Below, piece after piece: positions 12,486 to 26,936 of a stretch of DNA of 64,000 bases. Origin of the DNA: Eledone cirrhosa (lineage: Eukaryota); assembly GCA_964016885.1 (NCBI GenBank), contig OZ024741.1, positions 62,310,001-62,374,000 of the forward strand, in the 5' to 3' direction. The notes beneath the pieces were generated by a model. That model saw only the letters and a program-made list of their open reading frames with translations, was not told where the DNA came from and made no database searches. The translations under genes and the position numbers were made by a program. How positions within the stretch are numbered: the first letter of the stretch is position 1; each line of letters starts with the position of its first letter.

Positions 12486-12689
12486 TATATATATATATAG
12501 TGTGAGTGTGTATGTGTGTGCATTGGTTGAATTACTGATGGTTCACCAGTTTCAGCACTAATGCTGATAATTTGGATCCGACTATCGCTGTGGGATGCTA
12601 CGTTTGGGATTCATCATTATAGGTATCGTTAAGATGCAGAGTGTTAATAATGGTAAAGAACAGGAACGAAGTATCAATATGATATCAAT
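12270..12689. repeat. Near-perfect inverted repeat (~180-bp unique arms) centred on (TA)n
   Basis: 12270-12450 is the reverse complement of ~12508-12689. Centre is cactcacac-(TA)n-gtgtgagtg. Confidence 0.92.
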
Positions 12690-13367
12690 TGGTGTTGGAT
12701 GCTTAAAGCGCCCGTATGCGGTAGGCCGTTTGAGCACTCGATGCTCCCATAGAGTATATATGTGCAGCGTCTTAACTATACACGCTTCCCTGTGTACAGT
12801 GTGTGAGTGTAGATATGTGTATATTTATAAAAAATACCTTCGAAATAACTTTTTTTTGAAAGGTTGTTCCAAGCATTCATTTAAAAACGTTCTTTGTACA
12901 GAGTTTTTTTTCTTTTTGAAATATGTATGTTTTAAAGTATTCTGAGGCTGTGTTCTTGAAACGTTATGCTAAATATCTTTCTAATATTTTTCTACTATGT
13001 TTCTAATTTGTTTTTAAAATTCCCTCCAAGCATTATTTACGGTGATCGTCGTATACAATATAGTTGTGGGTGTGTACGCGATCGGTGTAGACGAGGGCGC
13101 CTAAAGACAGTGAACGCGTCGAAGGGCCGCCAGCTGTTCAAGCATACAACCCTTTACCTACTACAGTAGTAATTCCGATCTAAGAAACAAATGTGATTGA
13201 TAGGTGGAGAATGAAAAGAACCAAATAGTGGACAACCATGAGTGACTAGAAATATTGATGACGTGTACAATTCTTGACCACTCATAGAAGGACAACAGGA
13301 TCTAAGCCGACACGCCAAGGATATCGATGTAAAAGGACATAGGAAAATCTGCTTCGTAGAATCAAGT

Positions 13368-13459
13368 CGTATCTGAGGACCTTACGATTTTCAGAGTCAG
13401 GTTCGATCATCATATCGATCGTGCCTCGAGCTGGTCGCCAGAGAAACGATTGTAATATG
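13368..13459 (+). ncRNA. Candidate type I hammerhead ribozyme with a long (~63-nt) stem II region
   Basis: cgtat-CTGAGGA(13373-79)...GAAA(13443-46)-cgattGTA|atatg. Stem I is cgtat/atatg. AATAAA follows at 13463. Decayed relatives lie at 28948-29038 and 39946-40035. Confidence 0.6.
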
Positions 13460-13511
13460 CCCAATAAATTCCATTTGTCGCAACACTGATTCTCTTTTTT
13501 TCTGTGATATG

Positions 13512-13544
<33 letters not shown>

Positions 13545-13582
13545 GTCTACTGTTATGTATGTATGTATGTATAATATACATA

Positions 13583-15019
13583 TAATGTTGACTTGTTCTT
13601 CTTTTTGGTAAATATAATCTTGTTTAAGAGAGTGGGACTGGCTTTGTGCAGTGCCTTTGCTCACTATAAAAGCTTCACAGCACAGGCATTGCTTTATATC
13701 TGGAGATCTCTCTGCACTTGTCGTCACATGGTACCATGGGCCCAGCACTATGTGTCAATAATTGTCACAAGTGTAGTGTTTGTACCAGAGTTTTCAAGTC
13801 GCTGGCTGGACTAAAAAGTCACACTCGTTCAGCGCATCGGTAGGGGTTCTCCTACATGGATATAAAGTAGTGGCCGTACTCGAAAACGAGTTGGCAGCCA
13901 CCATGTATGTATGTATGTAGTAAGGAGGGTGATTTTTGAGGACAAAAAACAAAACCTAACAAAGGGTAGAAGAACTCATAAGAGTCATCGGCCATCCAAA
14001 AGTGTGTAAATATGTATATACACATGTACCGCACGGTTAAACCACTGGGAGTGAAGGACCCCTAGACTTTGTCAGGGAATTCTTCTAGGAGAAGGCAACT
14101 CAGGAAACTGGGATAACTCCGATATAGAACCTGCGGCTCAGTAGTTACCGATGATGGTGATCTTTTCTTCTTTTAGGGTTATAGCTACTGTCGCTCACAG
14201 AGTGGGATTGGCTCAGTGCACAGTCTTTCCTCACTTTAAAAAATATCACACACAGGCATTGCACGCTAGAATTAATTAATAATGATTAATAATGTTATAT
14301 CGTGCAATCGCCATACTTGACAACGAGGGGGCAGCTATTATGTATGTATGTATGTATGTATGTATGTATGTATGTATGTATGTATGTATGTATGTATGTA
14401 TGTATGTATGTATGTATGTATGTCAGGTCACCAGCTGGTGCTACTGGTAACATGTACCCCAGTACAACCTGTCTCATGGTCGAGTCGTTGGCGACTAAAC
14501 AAGGTTTCTTGGTGAGGAGGGTGACTTTGGACATCCTGCAGGACTAAAAACAAAACCTGTCAAAGGACAAAGGAGCTCTTAAGAGTCAATGGTCATCCAA
14601 AATCACCGGGAGAGATGACCCCTTAGCCTTTGTCAAGGCAGAATTCTAGGAGAAGAAAAACTCTGATATAACACCTGCAACCCTGATGGTATCCAATGAT
14701 GTTGACTTGTTCTTCTTTTTGGTAAATATCATCTTGGTTAAGAGAGTGGGACTGGCTTTGTGCAGTGCCTTTGCTCACTATAAAAGCTTCACGACACAGG
14801 CATTGCTTTATATCTGGAGATCTCTCTGCACTTGTCGTCACATGGTACCATGGGCCCAGCACTATGTATCAATAATGGTCACAAGTGTAGTTTTTGTACC
14901 AGAGTTTTCAAGTCGCTGGCTGGACTAAAAAGTCACATTCGTTCAGCGCATCGGTAGGGGTTCTCCTACATGGATATAAAGTAGTGGCCGTACTCGAAAA
15001 CGAGTTAGCAGCCACCATG

Positions 15020-15020
<1 letters not shown>
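13583..15020 (+). mobile_element. Chain of three non-autonomous RTE derivatives (about 13583-13918, 13919-14421, 14422-15020), each ending in (TATG)n
   Basis: 13583-13918 is nearly identical to 14697-15020 and to the reverse complement of 58418-58735. 14030-14340 matches 10915-11210 and the RTE 5' UTR at 18430. Confidence 0.85.
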
Positions 15021-15085
<65 letters not shown>

Positions 15086-15234
15086 TTTTGAGTATATGTT
15101 GGTTGTATACCAGTACCTCAGTATTCCAGTTCCACAGTGAAATAACAACCCAACCAGGAACTGGGCATATCAGAGTATTGACAAAGTTATACACCTCAAC
15201 AACATGTGTACTCGTCTCTACCACACTAATTCGG

Positions 15235-15289
15235 ACTGCCTGAAGAGGTCAGAGCCAAAGATGGCTGTCACCGAAATATATATAGCAGT
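15235..15289 (+). ncRNA. Type I hammerhead ribozyme, Penelope-type minimal form
   Basis: actgc-CTGAAGA(15240-46)-stem II (ggt..gcca aaga tggc..acc)-GAAA(15273-76)-tatatATA|gcagt. Perfect 5-bp stem I, palindromic stem III, and AATAAA immediately after. Confidence 0.82.
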
Positions 15290-15335
15290 AATAAACGAAG
15301 CCAAATTTTAAACATTTGACTTATTTATTTTATTT

Positions 15336-15421
<86 letters not shown>

Positions 15422-15482
15422 GTTTTATTGATAGCGCACTGTATCTCTCTCTCGTGTGTTACCTTTTCAACATATTGTATTT

Positions 15483-15557
<75 letters not shown>

Positions 15558-15782
15558 TCTTTTGTTAACCTGTTTAGCCTGATTCGTTTTTTGGGGGCTC
15601 CGGTGGCTGATGGCTTCACCATCACTGTTTCCATTTTATCTGGCCTTTATAAAGTATGTTAATTGCTCTGTTTTTCTTTTAGTCCAGTGAGCGCCTCCCG
15701 CGTATTTCGAGGATTGCGTTTCGTTTTCTTTTTGGCCCCCGCCGAAATACGATCTCGCTGAAATTATATATATATATATATA

Positions 15783-15978
15783 TAGGAACAAGTAAGACCC
15801 CGACGGCTGAGCTCAAGCCGTTTCGACGGCTAATTCTGTACAGAATTAGCCTGTACAGACGGCTGAGCTTGAGCTCAGCCATCGGGGTCTTACTTGTTCC
15901 TATTACCCACTCTACTACCCTAAGTATTGAGTACTTTGGTGCGTTATGGTCCACCTGGTTCCTTACCACATTTCCTTA
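15783..15978 (+). mobile_element. Palindromic mini-element (hammerhead-half fold-back plus ~75-bp unique tail) inserted in (TA)n
   Basis: IR 15783-15902 centred on ggctaattctgtacagaattagcc, followed by tail ttacccactctactaccctaagtattgagtact. Same family as 16216, 26588, 38160 and 44975. Confidence 0.8.
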
Positions 15979-16156
15979 GTTATATATATATATATATATA
16001 TTGACGAACCATTTCAGACGTCTGTGTCGAGCTCGTCTATCTTCGTGAAACCTTTGGTGAATGGAATAATTGCCTTATGTTGTTTATTACATTAAATAGC
16101 TCTGTAGCCTACATAGAGCACTCTCCTTTCCTTTACCTTTCCTACGGAAACACTTA

Positions 16157-16215
<59 letters not shown>

Positions 16216-16219
<4 letters not shown>

Positions 16220-16404
16220 AAAAAGTATGACCCCGACGGCAGAGCTCAAGCCGTTTCGACGGCTATTACTGGACTGAAATAGCCGTCGAAAATGCTTGAG
16301 CTCTGCCGTCGGGTCAAACGTTTTCCTATTACCCACTCTACTACCCTAAGTATTGAGTACTCTGGTGCGTTATAGTCTATCTCTTCCTTACCACAATTCC
16401 TTCG
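16216..16404 (+). mobile_element. Palindromic mini-element, same family, in (TA)n
   Basis: IR 16216-16329 with hairpin gacggctatt-loop-aatagccgtc, followed by GAAA...GTC|gggtc and the shared tail. Confidence 0.8.
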
Positions 16405-16783
16405 TTATATATATACATACACACACCACACGCATATATATATATATATATATATACATATATCACTCTGTCAAAACGATCAAAGTTCAACCAACACCAA
16501 CATCTACAACAACAACAACAACAACAGCAACAACACCATTCGAACACCAACACCAATATCTACAACACCAACATCTAGAGGAACAACACCAATATCTACT
16601 ACAGCGGCATCAAACGATAAAAACTTAAACAAAATCAAATGTCACACCATCACCACCATCACTCGGTCAACGATCAATCCTTATGAAAACAACAACAACG
16701 ATAATTCTAAACAGCAACACACTAACAACTTCAATTGTACCAACTCTTTTAAAAGACAAGAGTTGCTACATCTATAGTATTAA

Positions 16784-18175
16784 CTAGCAGTGGTACCCGG
16801 CGTTGCACAGGATAAGGTATTTTGGAATGCGGGCCGCCAACAGACCTAATCGTGGGAAAAATGCATGCCTCGACAATATGTAAAGAAAATAAAGCGAATA
16901 CTCTGATGGATGGATAATCTTTAAGATTTTCCTCGATGAAGCAGGAAAAAGGTAGGTTTTCACATAATGCGGACCCTAGGGCATCAAGAAAATGAATTTT
17001 TTATGTGCATAATATACCTTGAAATTTCGGGAAAAATCGGCTAGACGTAATGCCTAAAAATAGCCCTAAAAAGCTGAAAAAATGAATATGTTCACCTAAT
17101 GCGGGCTCTAGGCCATAAAAAAGTTGGATTTCCTTTGCTCACGGTATGAAGAAGAGACAGACTAATACATAATTACAATTTCAAGTAAATCGGTCCGACG
17201 TAACGCCTCAAAATACCGCTAAAAAGCTGAAAAAACGCATTTTTTTCAGCTAGGGGATAAAAAAGTTGAATTTGTTATGTGCATAACACTCCCTGAGTAA
17301 CTTTTGTTCTCGTAAAGGCACGCAAGTAAGCAACACTGTGAAAACTGAAGCTATTATAGCGATGTTTTTCTTTACCAGCTTTCATTTTCAGTGTTGTGTG
17401 AAATATATAACCTGCAAACCTGATTTTTGAATCGCAGCAGGATCGATTTTATTTCACTCGCTCCACTAAAAGTTGTATTTTCTTTGCTCACGGTATGAAG
17501 AAGAGACTGACTAATACATAGTTACTGGCTTTCATTTTTAGTGTTGTGTGAAATATATAACCGCTTTAGCTAAGCTTAGTATTGCCACAACCACGGCTGG
17601 CAAAGAAGTAAGGGTCTGGTGGTACGTAAGTAAGCAACACTGTGGCTTAAAACGGGAGGAAGAAGTTGTGTGCACTTACCAACTGTTTGGGGAATGAGTG
17701 TGAGATTTGTCTTGAGCAATGGTGGCGGAATAACCGGAGGCAGCAGACAGCCAAACATACAGACAAATATTATAAGGGCGCGTTCTGGACGAAGACGGAA
17801 TTGGGGGAAGTGACGTAATGCAGACAGCCAGACATACAGACAGATATTATAAGGGGTCGATAAAATAAAGTATCAGTAATACACTGGGTTATTGCTGGCC
17901 TTGTGCCAAAAGTAGAAACAATTATAAGGGCGCGACGTTATATGTATGTATCTATCTAAAAAGAGAAAGACTAATAATTATAGAGAGAGATCGCTAAATC
18001 GCCTAATGCTGTCCCTACAGCATTGAAAATTTGAAATTCTTTTGCTCAGAACACTCACTGAAACATAAGGATTACATGTGTAAAGGTTGAAAATAGTCGG
18101 TTGGGTGCTTCTTGAGTTTTAGGGATTAAAAGTCACACACACACAGACAGACATCCTCAGTTTTATATATATAGA
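16784..18175 (-). mobile_element. Non-autonomous Helitron, second family member, with internal duplications and a SINE fragment (17853-17925)
   Basis: Minus strand starts TCTATATATATAAAA (18175) and ends CTAG (16784-16787) after an imperfect hairpin cccggcgttgcacagg. A|T insertion site. Termini are shared with 6493-7385. Confidence 0.83.
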
Positions 18176-18195
18176 TAATGACAGTAATATTTATT

Positions 18196-18228
<33 letters not shown>

Positions 18229-18278
18229 AAGTGAGTGGCGTGTGTGTTTGTATGCATGAGTGTGTGTGTGTGTGTGTG

Positions 18279-18324
<46 letters not shown>

Positions 18325-18429
18325 TGTGTGTTTGTGTATGTGTCGTATGTAAAAGTGTCAATAAGTGAGAAGAAAACTTTTTTTTTTCATGCGCGGGAAG
18401 ATAGAAATAATCGGGCTGGATACCCGATC

Positions 18430-20009
18430 GCGCGGTTAAACCACTGGAAGTGAAGGACCCCTAGCCTTTGTCAGGACATTCTTCTAGGAGAACGCAACTC
18501 AGGAAACTGGGATAACTCCGACATAAAACTCGCGGCTCAGTAGTTACCGATGATGTTGATCCTTTCTTATTTTCGGGTTATAGCTACTGTCGCTCTGAGA
18601 GTGGGATTGGCTCAATGCACAGTCTTTCCTTACTTTAAAAATAATTGTTTCTACTTTTGGCGCAAGCCCAGCAATTATCCCGGTGTATTACTGGTACTTT
18701 ATTTTATCGACCCCGTAAGGATGAAAGGCAAAGTTAACCTCGGCGGGATTTGAACTCAGTCCGTAAAGGCACGTAACTGTGCTGCAAAGCATGGCGTCCG
18801 ACCCTCTACCGATACTGCCAATCCACAATAATCTTCACTCACAGGTATTGCACGGTAGCATTAATTAATAATTATTAATAGTTATTATTATTATCATTGT
18901 TATTATTTTTTTTTTTTTCTTCTACTGAATTGCTAGCTGTAACCTTAAAGGGCAACCAATTCAATGATGTTCCAAAACAGTTTAAAAGAGATAATTGGCA
19001 ATAAGGACTCTGAAAAAAATAATAATTGGCAATAAAGGCTCTGGAACCACACCAGGTGAAAGGGCCTGGCCCGGCAGGGGCCCCAGGGTATCACAGCCTG
19101 GGCCCACCCGTGATCATGCCACCGTGATAGAACAAAACAAAACATTGAATATTCGCTGTTGGAACGTACGGACACTGCTTGACAGGGATTCCTCCGAACG
19201 CCTTGAACGCAGGACCACTCTTGTTGCAAAGGAGTTTCGTCGTTACGATCTTGACATCGTTGCTTTATGAGAGACGAGGTTAGCTGGAGATGGTCATAGT
19301 ACAGAATTTTGTGGAAAATATACATTCTTCTGGTAAGGAAGAGATGAAGGAATCAGAAGAGAGACTGAGGTTGTATTTGCTGTTAAGACTGCTTTTGTAG
19401 ATAAATTGGAAGAATTCCCAGTGGGGATTAGTGAACGTCTTATGTCCATGAGAATTCCGCTGGACAAAGGAATGTATGCGACCCTGGTGAGTGTGTATGC
19501 TCCAACTATGAATTCTGTTGATGAAGAAAAAGTGTCTTTCTACCATGCTTTGAAAGGTGTTTTAAGAAATATCCCTCAGGCAGACAAGGTCATCGTGCTT
19601 GTTTACATTAATGCTAGAGTGGGTAGGGATTTTAACACATGGAATGTAATCGAAAGACATGGGGTGGGAAAGTGTAACAGCAATGGTATGCTCCTGAAGT
19701 AGATGTGTGAGGAATTGGATCTGTGTTACCAACACTATGTTGCAGCAAAAGAACAAATTTAAGACCACATGGATAAACCCTGCATCTAAAGAATGGCATA
19801 TTTTGGACTACGTCCTTGTTAGGGTGCGTGACAGACGAGATGTGCAGTGTGTTCGTGTTCTTCGTGGGGCTGAGTGCTGGACGGACCACAGCCTGGTACG
19901 TGCAAAAGTGAAACTAATCATTAAACTTAAAATCCGGGCTCCTGGTATTACCCTGCCTAGAAGACTGAATGCTGCTCGTCTTAGAGATAATAGTGTGAAG
20001 AGGACATTG
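18430..20009 (+). mobile_element. RTE-clade LINE, 5' part (5' UTR plus APE endonuclease), decayed
   Basis: [50 protein letters not shown] are present with stops and frameshifts. Confidence 0.88.
18642..18826 (-). mobile_element. Family A SINE inserted in the RTE 5' UTR
   Basis: Family A consensus. It interrupts a sequence that is contiguous in the copies at 10915 and 14030. Confidence 0.88.
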
Positions 20010-20101
20010 CGAGTTTTTATACTTTTATATATATATACACACACACAAACACACATATATATATATATATATATATATGTTTATATTGATATGTATTTAT
20101 G

Positions 20102-20181
<80 letters not shown>

Positions 20182-20699
20182 CATAAATACATATCAATAT
20201 AAACATACAAACATATATATATTAATATATGTGCATATATATAATTTGTGTTTATATATATTACATATATACCATTATATGTATGTATAGTGTGTGTGTG
20301 CGGGTGTGTGTCTGTATCTATCTATGTATGTTTGTATGTTTGTATATATATATTCATATACCCATGAACACACACATCCATTCACACACATACATAACTG
20401 CACACGGATACACACATCAAACCTGATGGATTAAGACTTACTAAGCTGATGTCAAATTGGTGTTCTCACTACATGTCTTTCATTTTCTCTACTCCCTTCC
20501 CCTTCCGCCTGCTGTGCGCTCCTTCGTAGAACACATACAAACACATATAGGCATCAACACACATATATACATACATCTCCACACAAGCGCATACATATAG
20601 ATCGAAATATTGTCGGATTAAACATGGGTAAGGTGGTGTTTAAATCATATCCCACTGTCCCTCTCTCTCTCATTCATCAGCTCTCTCTTCCTCTCTCTC

Positions 20700-20736
20700 T
20701 CTCACACACTCACGCCTCGCATATTTACATAATGAT

Positions 20737-20785
<49 letters not shown>

Positions 20786-20806
20786 CATAGATACATAGAT
20801 ACATAA

Positions 20807-20895
<89 letters not shown>

Positions 20896-21008
20896 CATAT
20901 ATACATACACAAACATACATACATATATACATATATACATAGACAAACACACACATACATGCATAGATATATAAATATATATATACATAGATACATAGAT
21001 ACATATAT

Positions 21009-21053
<45 letters not shown>

Positions 21054-21064
21054 TACATACACAA

Positions 21065-21109
<45 letters not shown>

Positions 21110-21182
21110 GGACATAGATACATATATACACACATATATATATATATACATACATATATACATACACAAACACACACATACA

Positions 21183-21240
<58 letters not shown>

Positions 21241-21335
21241 GATACATAGATACATATATACACATATATATACATATATATATACATACATATATACATA
21301 CACAAAAACCCACATACATGCATATATATATATGC
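20700..21335. repeat. Compound (TA)n/(CA)n/(ACAT)n microsatellite field
   Basis: Directly visible. Source of several spurious Ile/Tyr-rich ORFs. Confidence 0.9.
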
Positions 21336-21615
21336 GAGTTTGTGTGTATGTGTTCGTTTAGATTATTTTCTTTCCTCCTCCTCTCTCACGGTAGTCTATT
21401 CCCCTCCTGAAGCCCTCATACTACCGCCACCTTCACCATCACCATTTCGACCACTTCCACCACCACCACCACCACCACTGCCACTACCACCACCACCACG
21501 TTTGTAAAGACATACGACAGCTTCAGGCCTCCGGAATGTTCTATCGATCTGTTTGTCGCTCTATTGATCTGCCAATAGAATAGCAGACAACTGGTGCACC
21601 CATGCACCCATATAT

Positions 21616-21685
<70 letters not shown>

Positions 21686-21718
21686 GTATATATATATAAA
21701 AACACACACACACACACA

Positions 21719-21766
<48 letters not shown>

Positions 21767-21770
<4 letters not shown>

Positions 21771-22438
21771 TAAAGTGGTCCTTCATCAGTGATCTTCCAA
21801 CCATCATCGGTATTCCTTCGCTTTAAAGACCATATACCTCCGGTTGGTGCGAGCAACGGCTAAAAAAAAAGTCGTTGGGACACGTAAATAAAGGGAACAG
21901 CGAGAGTGTAAACAAACAAAGATGGTGAAGCAACGAAAAGTGAGGAAGAACGAGTCAAGTCCCAAATTTCCATGAATATAAGTTCGGTGAAATCGTGAAC
22001 GAGAGAGAATAAAGACCATCAAACCTGGTTGGAATGTGAGCAAGGAAGGAATTCCGTACAGGTCTAACGGGAGGAAGAATGAATCTAATCTGTGAATTCG
22101 GTGAGCATAAGTTCTGTGAAATCGTAGAAAGAAAAGCGTGCGAAAGAAAATAATTACCCACAGGTCAAACGGGAAGAAGGAGGAGGAGGAGAGGTAGTAA
22201 CAGAGAGTCAGTGAGTGAAGGGTGAGGAAGAGGCTACCAGAAAGAGTGACTGTTAGAGAGGGTAAAGATACAGAGAAAGAGGAAGCAGTAAGAACGAAAT
22301 AGACGGGTCATAGCGGGGGAAAAATATGTGTAAATATAAGAATAAAGGTGCTGCGTGGTTGCAAATGGGTTACATATGAATAAAGTGGTCCTTCATCAGT
22401 GATCATCCAACCATCATCGGTATTACTTCGCTTTAAAG
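21767..22438 (-). mobile_element. Direct-repeat-flanked module in (TA)n, probably Penelope pLTR-derived
   Basis: ~62-bp direct repeats at 21767-21829 and 22376-22438, each with CTGATGA on the minus strand, flank a purine-rich interior. Relatives at 11903-12005 (+) and 45800-45925 (-). Confidence 0.5.
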
Positions 22439-22557
<119 letters not shown>

Positions 22558-22673
22558 TAGATACACATATATAAGCATAAGTATATATGAAAATGAATGC
22601 ATGTAAGAATACATACATGCATATATACATACATACATACATACATACATACATACATACATTGGCAGAGTGG

Positions 22674-25628
22674 GTCCTTGTTAGGGTGCGTGACAGACGG
22701 GATGTGCAGTGTGTTGGTGTTCTTCGTGGGGTTGAGTGCTGGACGGACCACCGCCTGGTACGCGCAAAAGTGAAACTAATCACTAAACGTAAAATCCTGG
22801 CTCCTGGTGTTGCCCTACCCAAAAGATTGAATGCTGCTCGTCTTAAGGATAAAAATGTGAAGAGGACATTGGAAGAAGAGATGCAGGCTGCAGATCTTGG
22901 TGAGGATTGGCCGACCCTTAAAAAGTCGGTTTATGCAGGCGTGTTCTGGGATTGGTGCAGAGAAAACATCAGGACTGGTTTAATGAGAATGATGTACATA
23001 TAGAAGACTTGTTGGCTGATAAGAGGCGTGCTCTGTCACGCTACTTGACGGCAAAACCACATGAGAAGAATACGTTGCATGAGGAAATCAAGGAAGTAAA
23101 ATCACGTGTTAGGCGGAGTCTTTCTCAGATGAAGGATCAGTGGTGTAGTGAGAAGGCTGGTGAGATACAAACTGCGTCAGGTTCCAATAACACAAACCTT
23201 TTTGTACAGTCTCTTGCGTGAGGTTTACGGACCGTTTTCTTCTCTGGTGACACCGCTTCGCAGCAAGGATGGCAAAGAACTTCTTCGTGACTCACAAGAA
23301 ATTCTACGAAGGTGGGGAGAGCACTTTGATGATCTATTGAATCATCCGTCTGTCGTCAATGAAGATTTCCTCAATCTCATTCCAGAAAGTCCTGTGAAGG
23401 TAGCTCTCGCAGAACCTCCGACGCTTGTGGAGGTTTCAGTGGCTATCTCGAAGCTGAACAGTGGAAGGTCTCCAGGTATGGATAGGATACATGCTGAGCA
23501 CCTACAATATGGTGGTGAGAGACTCCTGCAACATCTTAACTATTTGTTTGGAAGGATATGGGCTAATGAATCTGTACCTGAGGACTGGGGAGATGCAGTA
23601 ATGGTGGTCTTGTACAAGGGAAAGGGTAACAGGAATGATTGTGGGAACTACAGAGGTATATCATTGCTTTCTGTCGTAGGGAAAGTTTTATGTAGGTGCT
23701 TCTGGACCGTCTGCTGACACACATTGCAGATTGTGTTCTTCCTGAAAGTCAATCTGGTTTTCGTGTTGGACGCGGCACTACTGATATGATCTTCTCAGCT
23801 AGACAGCTCCAGGAGAAGTGCATGGAACAAGGTTTGGATCTGTAACAGGTTTTTGTCGATCTGACAAAAGCTTTCGATACTGTTAACAGAGATGCATTAT
23901 GGAAGGTTCTCCAGAAACTTGGTTGCCCTGATAAGTTCCTTGCTTTAGTTAGGTCTTTCCATGACTACATGAAGGCTTGGGTCAATGTCGGAAGTAACAT
24001 GTCGGAGCCTATCTCAGTAAAAAATGGAGTGAAACAGGGGGATATTCCAGCACCGACCCCGTTTGCCATACTTTGCAAAGGTTTTCTGTATTGCATTCAG
24101 GAATTGCGAGCATGGTGTTTACATCCGATATCGAACCTCAGGTAGCATATTTAACATCAGGCGCTTTGCTGCAAAGACAAAAGTATTTACATCAATCATA
24201 AGAGACCTCTTGTATGCAGATGATTGCGATCTTGTAGCGCACACAGAGAGTGATATGCTGCATATTTTGAATGCATTTTCTGACGCTTGCACTGCCCTAG
24301 GGTTGACTGTCAGTCTCAAGAAAACCGTCGTCATGTACCAACCTGCCCCTGGTAAGCAGTACTCTGAACCAAATATCTATGTGTATGGTAAACGACTTGG
24401 AGTGGTTGATCAGTTTGTCTTCCTGGGAAGCACTGTCAATCGATACAGCAACCTTGACAGTGAAATCTCACTTAGGATTAGGAAAGCAAGTGATGCTTTC
24501 GGAAAGCTAGAAAGGCGACTCTGGGGTCGGCGAGACTTATGCAGGAGGTCAAAGGTAAAGGTGTACAAGGTATGTGTGCTCTCTTGTCTTCTTTATGCCT
24601 GCGAGACTTGGGTCACATATCGACACCACCTTAAGCAATTGGAGCGTTTCCATCAGATGTGTCTCAGACGGATCCATGGCGTTCACTGGGGGGAGCACAT
24701 CAGTGATGTCGATATTTTGGAAAGCTCTAGGTGTGACAGCATAGAAGCTCTTGTAGTTAAGCAACGATTCCGTTGGAGTAGTCACCTTGCCAGGATGAAG
24801 GATTCTAGAATGCCAAAACAACTCTTTTATGGAGAGTCAGTTAAAGGAAAACGACCGCCACATAAACCAAAAAAGAGGTATAAGGATTCCTTGAAAGCTT
24901 CTTTGAAAGACGCTAACATCGCTGCTGATACATGGGAAAATATTGCTGCTGATCGTAATAAATGGAGAAAGACTGTATATGAGGGAAAAGTTGTCTTTGA
25001 AGCATCTCGAATCACATACGAGAAAGTAAAGCGGGATGTGAGGAAGCGCATTGCTGTTGCACTTCCAGACGGAGAGGGTCCTCCTATGGTGCTGACATGC
25101 AGCGTCTGTGCGAGACTCTGCCTAAGCAAAGCTGGACTCGAAAGTCATCTTCGCAGTCATAAAGTAAGACCAGTGGTTGACTACCAGGCTGCTGTTGGAG
25201 ATGCTACTCATCATGCTTGCCAAACATTTGGTAGAGAATGTAAATAAGCAGGAGGGCTCAAGCGACATGCAAAAGTGCATGAACTCCAACCACAGCCGGC
25301 TATTCCCAGTGAATGTTTTGGTTGCCGACTCTGTGCAAGACATTTTAGATCATTGGCTGGGCTAAAAAGCCACATTCGATCGCAGCGCTGTTAGTTGCTA
25401 TCGTGTGTGTGTATAGATATGTTCATGTGTGCGCGTGTGTGTGTATATATATATATGTATATGTATATTAACATTGTTGTTGTCGTCGTTATTATTATTG
25501 TTGTTATTATTATTATTATTATTGTTATTAATGTATATATGTGTATGTATATATATGTGTGTATATATGTATATGTATGTGTGTATAAATATATATATAT
25601 TTCTTTTTTTATTTTATTTTATTTTTTA

Positions 25629-25697
<69 letters not shown>

Positions 25698-25790
25698 CCT
25701 CCTCGTGCAATGGCCATACTCGATAACGAGGAGGCAGCCATCATGTATGTATGTATGTATGTATGTATGTATGTATGTATGTATTTATGT
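22674..25790 (+). mobile_element. RTE-clade LINE, 3' part (EN end, RT, C-terminal C2H2-like fingers, (TATG)n tail), decayed
   Basis: ORF pieces 23148-23717 and 24063-25247 carry NYRGISLLSVVGK, DLTKAFDTV, GVKQG, LLYADD, LLYACETW and RMPKQLFYGE. 3' end is gcaatggccatactcgataacgaggaggcagccatc(atgt)n. Confidence 0.92.
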
Positions 25791-25825
25791 ATACGTACTA
25801 ACAATATAAAGAGCCGTAATTAAAT

Positions 25826-26032
25826 ACCATTCTACTATAGGCACAAGGCCAGCAATTTTGGTGGAGATGAGAGTCGAATAAATCGACAGTAGTGCATTAC
25901 CGGTGCTTTATGTTATCGACTTCGTAAGGATGAAAGGCAAAGTTAAGCTCGACGGGATTTGAAATCAAAACGTAAAGGGCTGTATATCTATCCTGCAAAT
26001 TATGGTGTCTGAGGCTTTACCGATACTACCAA
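25826..26032 (-). mobile_element. Diverged family A SINE
   Basis: Recognisable core gtaaggatgaaaggcaaagtt and tail ggcacaaggccagcaatt. Confidence 0.75.
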
Positions 26033-26519
26033 GTCATAAAAAATGACACAGAATCTTAAACGACACACAAATATATATACAACTAAATTTGCATGTATAT
26101 ACAAATATGCAATAGATAACACGCATATGCACACGCACACACACATACACACACACTCACACACACACACAAACACATACTCTCTCTCTCACACACACAC
26201 ACATTCCGGGATTCTGTTTTCAGCTCAACCTATTTAGAATTACGAGGTGATCCTGTCAATTTGTTTCCATATATTCAGGTTTTCAACGAGTTTTGTCTTG
26301 GAAAAACAGATTCTTTTATCCCTCATTATCGTTCTTAGACCTTCACAGTTTCATCTTCCGGATGGAGTAGTATTTGCTCCTTTATTATTTTAGGTGAAGT
26401 GAATGTGTTTTTCTATTAGCTTTAATGGTGGAATCTTCACCTTGTCTCTGAAACATGTTCGTATCTATTCACCGCATTCGCTGGTTTTGAATGTTTGCTT
26501 ATATTGCAGCCTCAATGTC

Positions 26520-26936
<417 letters not shown>

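Noticed and set aside
16001-16062. TTGACGA...GAAAcctttggtG, plus similar weak motifs at 49683-49715 (-) and 59243-59282 (+)
   Set aside because: Two or more core or cleavage-site mismatches and poor stems; could be chance.
20670-21323. Ile/Tyr/Cys/Val-rich ORFs here and throughout the window
   Set aside because: Translations of (TA)n, (CA)n and (TATG)n microsatellites.
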